This document shows positions 54,400 to 64,000 of a stretch of DNA of 64,000 bases, one piece after another; the first letter of the stretch is position 1, and each line of letters begins with the position of its first letter. The DNA comes from Auanema rhodensis (lineage: Eukaryota; Animalia; Nematoda). The translations under genes and the position numbers were made by a program. The DNA lies in the NCBI GenBank assembly GCA_964057225.1, contig OZ059894.1:4898001-4962000 (forward strand), read 5' to 3'. The notes beneath the pieces were generated by a model. The model did not search any database and was not told the DNA's origin. It saw nothing but the letters and a program-made list of their open reading frames with translations.

Positions 54400-57200
54400 T
54401 GAAAAAAGGAATCTAAAAACATCTACTTTTTGCTAAATTATTTTGAAATTTTTCGAAAAAATTTTTGTCAAAATGTTTTTGGAAGCTATGTTGAGTGTAC
54501 ATGGAAACTCAACATACACTTATGCATCATTTTTCAAACGATCATAACTAATTTTTGTATTAAGCGTTCCTCAATGTAGTATAGTGCATTCGATGCGGAT
54601 TTTTAAGCTGCGTCGATCTGTGTTATCAGATTTGCGCTAGCTTAAAAATGCACCGAGATATCAACTGATATAAGTTCACACTTATATCCTTGATTTTCAC
54701 CCTGGAGAATTAATTTTTTCGTTGAATGACATTGTCCATCGTCTTTGCCTTGAGACAAGGAATCTAAAAACATCTACTTTTTGCTAAATTATTTTGAAAT
54801 TTTTCGAAAAAATTTTTGTCAAAATGTTTTTGGAAGCAATGTTGAGTGTACATGGAAACTCAACATACACTAATGCATCATTTTTCAAACGATCATAACT
54901 AATTTTTGTATTAAGCGTTCCTCAATGTAGTATAGTGCATTCGATGCGGATTTTTAAGCTGCGTCGATCTGTGTTATCAGATTTGCGCTAGCTTAAAAAT
55001 GCACCGAGATATCAACTGATATAAGTTCACACTTATATCCTCGATTTTCACCCTGAAGAATTAATTTTTTCGTTGAATAACATTGTCCATCGTCTTTGCC
55101 TTGAAAAAAGGAATCTAAAAACATCTACTTTTTGCTAAATTATTTTGAAATTTTTCGAAAAAATTTTTGTCAAAATGTTTTTGGAAGCTATGTTGAGTGT
55201 ACATGGAAACTCAACATACACTAATGCATCATTTTTCAAACGATCATAACTAATTTTTGTATTAAGCGTTTCTCAAAGTAGTATAGTGCATTCGATGCGG
55301 ATTTTCAAGTTGCGTCGATCTGTGTTATCAGATTTGCGCTAGCTTAAAAATGCACCGAGATATCAATTGATATAAGTTCACACTTATATCCTCGATTTTC
55401 ACCCTGAAGAATTAATTTTTTCGTTGAATAACATCGTCCATCGTCTTTGCCTTGAAAAAAGGAATCTAAAAACATCTACTTTTTGCTAAATTATTTTGAA
55501 ATTTTTCGAAAAAATTTTTGTCAAAATGTTTTTGGAAGCTATGTTGAGTGTACATGGAAACTCAACATACACTTATGCATCATTTTTCAAACGATCATAA
55601 CTAATTTTTGTATTAAGCGTTCCTCAATGTAGTATAGTGCATTCGATGCGGATTTTTAAGCTGCGTCGATCTGTGTTATCAGATTTGCGCTAGCTTAAAA
55701 ATGCACCGAGATATCAACTGATATAAGTTCACACTTATATCCTTGATTTTCACCCTGGAGAATTAATTTTTTCGTTGAATGACATTGTCCATCGTCTTTG
55801 CCTTGAGACAAGGAATCTAAAAACATCTACTTTTTGCTAAATTATTTTGAAATTTTTCGAAAAAATTTTTGTCAAAATGTTTTTGGAAGCAATGTTGAGT
55901 GTACATGGAAACTCAACATACACTAATGCATCATTTTTCAAACGATCATAACTAATTTTTGTATTAAGCGTTCCTCAATGTAGTATAGTGCATTCGATGC
56001 GGATTTTTAAGCTGCGTCGATCTGTGTTATCAGATTTGCGCTAGCTTAAAAATGCACCGAGATATCAACTGATATAAGTTCACACTTATATCCTCGATTT
56101 TCACCCTGAAGAATTAATTTTTTCGTTGAATAACATTGTCCATCGTCTTTGCCTTGAAAAAAGGAATCTAAAAACATCTACTTTTTGCTAAATTATTTTG
56201 AAATTTTTCGAAAAAATTTTTGTCAAAATGTTTTTGGAAGCTATGTTGAGTGTACATGGAAACTCAACATACACTAATGCATCATTTTTCAAACGATCAT
56301 AACTAATTTTTGTATTAAGCGTTTCTCAAAGTAGTATAGTGCATTCGATGCGGATTTTTAAGCTGCGTCGATCTGTGTTATCAGATTTGCGCTAGCTTAA
56401 AAATGCACCGAGATATCAACTGATATAAGTTCACACTTATATCCTCGATTTTCACCCTGAAGAATTAATTTTTTCGTTGAATAACATTGTCGATCGTCTT
56501 TGTCTTGAAAAAAGGAATCTAAAAACATCTACTTTTTGCTAAATTATTTTGAAATTTTTCGAAAAAATTTTTGTCAAAATGTTTTTGGAAGCTATGTTGA
56601 GTGTACATGGAAACTCAACATACACTTATGCATCATTTTTCAAACGATCATAACTAATTTTTGTATTAAGCGTTCCTCAATGTAGTATAGTGCATTCGAT
56701 GCGGATTTTTAAGCTGCGTCGATCTGTGTTATCAGATTTGCGCTAGCTTAAAAATGCACCGAGATATCAACTGATATAAGTTCACACTTATATCCTTGAT
56801 TTTCACCCTGGAGAATTAATTTTTTCGTTGAATGACATTGTCCATCGTCTTTGCCTTGAGACAAGGAATCTAAAAACATCTACTTTTTGCTAAATTATTT
56901 TGAAATTTTTCGAAAAAATTTTTGTCAAAATGTTTTTGGAAGCAATGTTGAGTGTACATGGAAACTCAACATACACTAATGCATCATTTTTCAAACGATC
57001 ATAACTAATTTTTGTATTAAGCGTTCCTCAATGTAGTATAGTGCATTCGATGCGGATTTTTAAGCTGCGTCGATCTGTGTTATCAGATTTGCGCTAGCTT
57101 AAAAATGCACCGAGATATCAACTGATATAAGTTCACACTTATATCCTCGATTTTCACCCTGAAGAATTAATTTTTTCGTTGAATAACATTGTCCATCGTC
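54400..57200. repeat. Three tandem copies of a 3-monomer (1,053-bp) higher-order unit
   Basis: Private linked variants GAATGACATT and TTGAGACAAGG occur at 54728, 55781 and 56834. Confidence 0.88.
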
Positions 57201-60200
57201 TTTGCCTTGAAAAAAGGAATCTAAAAACATCTACTTTTTGCTAAATTATTTTGAAATTTTTCCAAATAATTTTTGTCAAAATGTTTTTGGAAGCTATGTT
57301 GAGTGTACATGGAAACTCAACATACACTAATGCATCATTTTTCAAACGATCATAACTAATTTTTGTATTAAGCGTTTCTCAAAGTAGTATAGTGCATTCG
57401 ATGCGGATTTCCAAGCTGCGTCGATCTGTGTTATCAGATTTGCGCTAGCTTAAAAATGCACCGAGATATCAACTGATATAAGTTCACACTTATATCCTCC
57501 ATTTTCACCCTGAAGAATTAATTTTTTCGTTGAATAACATCGTCCATCGTCTTTGCCTTGAAAAAAGGAATCTAAAAACATCTACTTTTTGCTAAATTAT
57601 TTTGAAATTTTTCGAAAAAATTTTTGTCAAAATGTTTTTGGAAGCTATGTTGAGTGTACATGGAAACTCAACATACACTTATGCATCATTTTTCAAACGA
57701 TCATAACTAATTTTTGTATTAAGCGTTCCTCAATGTAGTATAGTGCATTCGATGCGGATTTTTAAGCTGCGTCGATCTGTGTTATCAGATTTGCGCTAGC
57801 TTAAAAATGCACCGAGATATCAACTGATATAAGTTCACACTTATATCCTTGATTTTCACCCTGGAGAATTAATTTTTTCGTTGAATAACATTGTCCATCG
57901 TCTTTGCCTTGAAAAAAGGAATCTAAAAACATCTACTTTTTGCTAAATTATTTTGAAATTTTTCGAAAAAATTTTTGTCAAAATGTTTTTGGAAGCTATG
58001 TTGAGTGTACATGGAAACTCAACATACACTAATGCATCATTTTTCAAACGATCATAACTAATTTTTGTATTAAGCGTTTCTCAAAGTAGTATAGTGCATT
58101 CGATGCGGATTTTCAAGTTGCGTCGATCTGTGTTATCAGATTTGCGCTAGCTTAAAAATGCACCGAGATATCAACTGATATAAGTTCACACTTATATCCT
58201 CGATTTTCACCCTGAAGAATTAATTTTTTCGTTGAATAACATTGTCCATCGTCTTTGCCTTGAAAAAAGGAATCTAAAAACATCTACTTTTTGCTAAATT
58301 ATTTTGAAATTTTTCCAAATAATTTTTGTCAAAATGTTTTTGGAAGCTATGTTGAGTGTACATGGAAACTCAACATACACTAATGCATCATTTTTCAAAC
58401 GATCATAACTAATTTTTGTATTAAGCGTTCCTCAATGTAGTATAGTGCATTCGATGCGGATTTTTAAGCTGCGTCGATCTGTGTTATCAGATTTGCGCTA
58501 GCTTAAAAATGCACCGAGATATCAACTGATATAAGTTCACACTTATATCCTTGATTTTCACCCTGGAGAATTAATTTTTTCGTTGAATAACATTGTCCAT
58601 CGTCTTTGCCTTGGAAAAAGGAATCTAAAAACATCTACTTTCTGCTAAATTATTTTGAAATTTTTCGAAAAAATTTTTGTCAAAATGTTTTTGGAAGCAA
58701 TGTTGAGTGTACATGGAAACTCAACATACACTAATGCATCATTTTTCAAACGATCATAACTAATTTTTGTATTAAGCGTTCCTCAATGTAGTATAGTGCA
58801 TTCGATGCGGATTTTTAAGCTGCGTCGATCTGTGTTATCAGATTTGCGCTAGCTTAAAAATGCACCGAGATATCAACTGATATAAGTTCACACTTATATC
58901 CTCGATTTTCACCCTGAAGAATTAATTTTTTCGTTGAATAACATTGTCCATCGTCTTTGCCTTGAAAAAAGGAATCTAAAAACATCTACTTTTTGCTAAA
59001 TTATTTTGAAATTTTTCGAAAAAATTTTTGTCAAAATATTTTTGGAAGCTATGTTGAGTGTACATGGAAACTCAACATACACTAATGCATTATTTTTCAA
59101 ACGATCATAACTAATTTTTGTATTAAGCGTTCCTCAATGTAGTATAGTGCATTCGATGCGGATTTTTAAGCTGCGTCGATCTGTGTTATCAGATTTGCGC
59201 TAGCTTAAAAATGCACCGAGATATCAACTGATATAAGTTCACACTTATATCCTTGATTTTCACCCTGGAGAATTAATTTTTTCGTTGAATAACATTGTCC
59301 ATCGTCTTTGCCTTGAAAAAAGGAATCTAAAAACATCTACTTTTTGCTAAATTATTTTGAAATTTTTCGAAAAAATTTTTGTCAAAATGTTTTTGGAAGC
59401 AATGTTGAGTGTACATGGAAACTCAACATACACTAATGCATCATTTTTCAAACGATCATAACTAATTTTTGTATTAAGCGTTCCTCAATGTAGTATAGTG
59501 CATTCGATGCGGATTTTTAAGCTGCGTCGATCTGTGTTATCAGATTTGCGCTAGCTTAAAAATGCACCGAGATATCAACTGATATAAGTTCACACTTATA
59601 TCCTCGATTTTCACCCTGAAGAATTAATTTTTTCGTTGAATAACATTGTCCATCGTCTTTGCCTTGAAAAAAGGAATCTAAAAACATCTACTTTTTGCTA
59701 AATTATTTTGAAATTTTTCGAAAAAATTTTTGTCAAAATGTTTTTGGAAGCTATGTTGAGTGTACATGGAAACTCAACATACACTAATGCATCATTTTTC
59801 AAACGATCATAACTAATTTTTGTATTAAGCGTTTCTCAAAGTAGTATAGTGCATTCGATGCGGATTTTTAAGCTGCGTCGATCTGTGTTATCAGATTTGC
59901 GCTAGCTTAAAAATGCACCGAGATATCAACTGATATAAGTTCACACTTATATCCTCGATTTTCACCCTGAAGAATTAATTTTTTCGTTGAATAACATTGT
60001 CCATCGTCTTTGCCTTGAAAAAAGGAATCTAAAAACATCTACTTTTTGCTAAATTATTTTGAAATTTTTCGAAAAAATTTTTGTCAAAATATTTTTGGAA
60101 GCTATGTTGAGTGTACATGGAAACTCAACATACACTAATGCATTATTTTTCAAACGATCATAACTAATTTTTGTATTAAGCGTTCCTCAATGTAGTATAG

Positions 60201-63200
60201 TGCATTCGATGCGGATTTTTAAGCTGCGTCGATCTGTGTTATCAGATTTGCGCTAGCTTAAAAATGCACCGAGATATCAACTGATATAAGTTCACACTTA
60301 TATCCTTGATTTTCACCCTGGAGAATTAATTTTTTCGTTGAATAACATTGTCCATCGTCTTTGCCTTGAAAAAAGGAATCTAAAAACATCTACTTTTTGC
60401 TAAATTATTTTGAAATTTTTCGAAAAAATTTTTGTCAAAATGTTTTTGGAAGCAATGTTGAGTGTACATGGAAACTCAACATACACTAATGCATCATTTT
60501 TCAAACGATCATAACTAATTTTTGTATTAAGCGTTCCTCAATGTAGTATAGTGCATTCGATGCGGATTTTTAAGCTGCGTCGATCTGTGTTATCAGATTT
60601 GCGCTAGCTTAAAAATGCACCGAGATATCAACTGATATAAGTTCACACTTATATCCTCGATTTTCACCCTGAAGAATTAATTTTTTCGTTGAATAACATT
60701 GTCCATCGTCTTTGCCTTGAAAAAAGAAATCTAAAAACATCTACTTTTTGCTAAATTATTTTGAAATTTTTCGAAAAAATTTTTGTCAAAATGTTTTTGG
60801 AAGCTATGTTGAGTGTACATGGAAACTCAACATACACTAATGCATCATTTTTCAAACGATCATAACTAATTTTTGTATTAAGCGTTTCTCAAAGTAGTAT
60901 AGTGCATTCGATGCGGATTTCCAAGCTGCGTCGATCTGTGTTATCAGATTTGCGCTAGCTTAAAAATGCACCGAGATATCAACTGATATAAGTTCACACT
61001 TATATCCTCCATTTTCACCCTGAAGAATTAATTTTTTCGTTGAATAACATCGTCCATCGTCTTTGCCTTGAAAAAAGGAATCTAAAAACATCTACTTTTT
61101 GCTAAATTATTTTGAAATTTTTCGAAAAAATTTTTGTCAAAATGTTTTTGGAAGCTATGTTGAGTGTACATGGAAACTCAACATACACTTATGCATCATT
61201 TTTCAAACGATCATAACTAATTTTTGTATTAAGCGTTCCTCAATGTAGTATAGTGCATTCGATGCGGATTTTTAAGCTGCGTCGATCTGTGTTATCAGAT
61301 TTGCGCTAGCTTAAAAATGCACCGAGATATCAACTGATATAAGTTCACACTTATATCCTTGATTTTCACCCTGGAGAATTAATTTTTTCGTTGAATAACA
61401 TTGTCCATCGTCTTTGCCTTGAAAAAAGGAATCTAAAAACATCTACTTTTTGCTAAATTATTTTGAAATTTTTCGAAAAAATTTTTGTCAAAATGTTTTT
61501 GGAAGCTATGTTGAGTGTACATGGAAACTCAACATACACTAATGCATTATTTTTCAAACGATCATAACTAATTTTTGTATTAAGCGTTCCTCAATGTAGT
61601 ATAGTGCATTCGATGCGGATTTTTAAGCTGCGTCGATCTGTGTTATCAGATTTGCGCTAGCTTAAAAATGCACCGAGATATCAACTGATATAAGTTCACA
61701 CTTATATCCTTGATTTTCACCCTGGAGAATTAATTTTTTCGTTGAATAACATTGTCCATCGTCTTTGCCTTGGAAAAAGGAATCTAAAAACATCTACTTT
61801 TTGCTAAATTATTTTGAAATTTTTCGAAAAAATTTTTGTCAAAATGTTTTTGGAAGCAATGTTGAGTGTACATGGAAACTCAACATACACTAATGCATCA
61901 TTTTTCAAACGATCATAACTAATTTTTGTATTAAGCGTTCCTCAATGTAGTATAGTGCATTCGATGCGGATTTTTAAGCTGCGTCGATCTGTGTTATCAG
62001 ATTTGCGCTAGCTTAAAAATGCACCGAGATATCAACTGATATAAGTTCACACTTATATCCTCGATTTTCACCCTGAAGAATTAATTTTTTCGTTGAATAA
62101 CATTGTCCATCGTCTTTGCCTGGAAAAAAGGAATCTAAAAACATCTACTTTTTGCTAAATTATTTTGAAATTTTTCGAAAAAATTTTTGTCAAAATGTTT
62201 TTGGAAGCTATGTTGAGTGTACATGGAAACTCAACATACACTAATGCATTATTTTTCAAACGATCATAACTAATTTTTGTATTAAGCGTTCCTCAATGTA
62301 GTATAGTGCATTCGATGCGGATTTTTAAGCTGCGTCGATCTGTGTTATCAGATTTGCGCTAGCTTAAAAATGCACCGAGATGTCAACTGATATAAGTTCA
62401 CACTTATATCCTTGATTTTCACCCTGGAGAATTAATTTTTTCGTTGAATAACATTGTCCATCGTCTTTGCCTTGAAAAAAGGAATCTAAAAACATCTACT
62501 TTTTGCTAAATTATTTTGAAATTTTTCGAAAAAATTTTTGTCAAAATGTTTTTGGAAGCAATGTTGAGTGTACATGGAAACTCAACATACACTAATGCAT
62601 CATTTTTCAAACGATCATAACTAATTTTTGTATTAAGCGTTCCTCAATGTAGTATAGTGCATTCGATGCGGATTTTTAAGCTGCGTCGATCTGTGTTATC
62701 AGATTTGCGCTAGCTTAAAAATGCACCGAGATATCAACTGATATAAGTTCACACTTATATCCTTGATTTTCACCCTGGAGAATTAATTTTTTCGTTGAAT
62801 AACATTGTCCATCGTCTTTGCCTTGGAAAAAGGAATCTAAAAACATCTACTTTTTGCTAAATTATTTTGAAATTTTTCGAAAAAATTTTTGTCAAAATGT
62901 TTTTGGAAGCAATGTTGAGTGTACATGGAAACTCAACATACACTAATGCATCATTTTTCAAACGATCATAACTAATTTTTGTATTAAGCGTTCCTCAATG
63001 TAGTATAGTGCATTCGATGCGGATTTTTAAGCTGCGTCGATCTGTGTTATCAGATTTGCGCTAGCTTAAAAATGCACCGAGATATCAACTGATAAAAGTT
63101 CACACTTATATCCTCGATTTTCACCCTGAAGAATTAATTTTTTCGTTGAATAACATTGTCCATCGTCTTTGCCTGGAAAAAAGGAATCTAAAAACATCTA

Positions 63201-64000
63201 CTTTTTGCTAAATTATTTTGAAATTTTTCGAAAAAATTTTTGTCAAAATGTTTTTGGAAGCTATGTTGAGTGTACATGGAAACTCAACATACACTAATGC
63301 ATTATTTTTCAAACGATCATAACTAATTTTTGTATTAAGCGTTCCTCAATGTAGTATAGTGCATTCGATGCGGATTTTTAAGCTGCGTCGATCTGTGTTA
63401 TCAGATTTGCGCTAGCTTAAAAATGCACCGAGATATCAACTGATATAAGTTCACACTTATATCCTTGATTTTCACCCTGGAGAATTAATTTTTTCGTTGA
63501 ATAACATTGTCCATCGTCTTTGCCTTGAAAAAAGGAATCTAAAAACATCTACTTTTTGCTAAATTATTTTGAAATTTTTCGAAAAAATTTTTGTCAAAAT
63601 GTTTTTGGAAGCAATGTTGAGTGTACATGGAAACTCAACATACACTAATGCATCATTTTTCAAACGATCATAACTAATTTTTGTATTAAGCGTTCCTCAA
63701 TGTAGTATAGTGCATTCGATGCGGATTTTTAAGCTGCGTCGATCTGTGTTATCAGATTTGCGCTAGCTTAAAAATGCACCGAGATATCAACTGATATAAG
63801 TTCACACTTATATCCTCGATTTTCACCCTGAAGAATTAATTTTTTCGTTGAATAACATTGTCCATCGTCTTTGCCTTGAAAAAAGAAATCTAAAAACATC
63901 TACTTTTTGCTAAATTATTTTGAAATTTTTCGAAAAAATTTTTGTCAAAATGTTTTTGGAAGCTATGTTGAGTGTACATGGAAACTCAACATACACTAAT

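Larger units (their letters stand above)
1..64000. repeat. Tandem satellite DNA array, 350/351-bp monomer, 182 full copies + partial, head-to-tail, runs off both window ends
   Basis: CGTCTTTG(C/T) phase marker recurs at 1, 351, 701, 1052, 1402 ... 15422, then every 351 bp (three +2 T-run expansions) to 63866. Every line of the window maps onto the monomer. Monomer 1 has 111 G+C in 350 bp (about 32%). Confidence 0.99.
29550..64000. repeat. Satellite subfamily domain C (351-bp, loose 2-3-mer higher-order structure)
   Basis: Dominant alleles: AAAAAGGAATCT, GCGTTCCTC or GTTTCTCAAAG, CCTTGATTTTCACCCTGGAG, GCTATG, TAATGCATTA, TTTTCAAGTTG. The GCGTTCCTC, CTGGAG, GCTATG and TAATGCATTA alleles are not seen before about 29,630. 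Confidence 0.9.

Noticed and set aside
1-64000. CRISPR array or integron-like cassette array suggested by regularly spaced hairpins
   Set aside because: There are no unique spacers or cassettes. The sequence between hairpins is as conserved as the hairpins, and there are no cas or integrase genes.

Overview
The whole 64 kb window is one uninterrupted head-to-tail tandem satellite DNA array: 182 complete monomers plus a 135-bp partial one. Monomers are 350/351 bp (one 352 bp, three 353 bp), about 32% GC, all in the same orientation, and differ from each other by only a few point variants. I see no genes, RNA genes, transposon insertions, CRISPR spacers or inversions. The single 79-aa ORF is an artefact of point variants in one monomer. 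This looks like eukaryotic centromeric or pericentromeric-type satellite, probably from an invertebrate (inference); I cannot name the species or family. Diagnostic variants split the array into three subfamily domains: A (about 1-17,100), B (about 17,100-29,550) and C (about 29,550-64,000). Nested local duplications of 2, 3, 5 and 9 monomers and longer-range copies 20, 30, 36 and 64 monomers apart are visible. The most unusual aspect is the monomer itself. It is packed with inverted repeats, including two mutually exclusive folds in a highly conserved 120-bp core, and many variants (some tandem double substitutions) perfect local quasi-palindromes.
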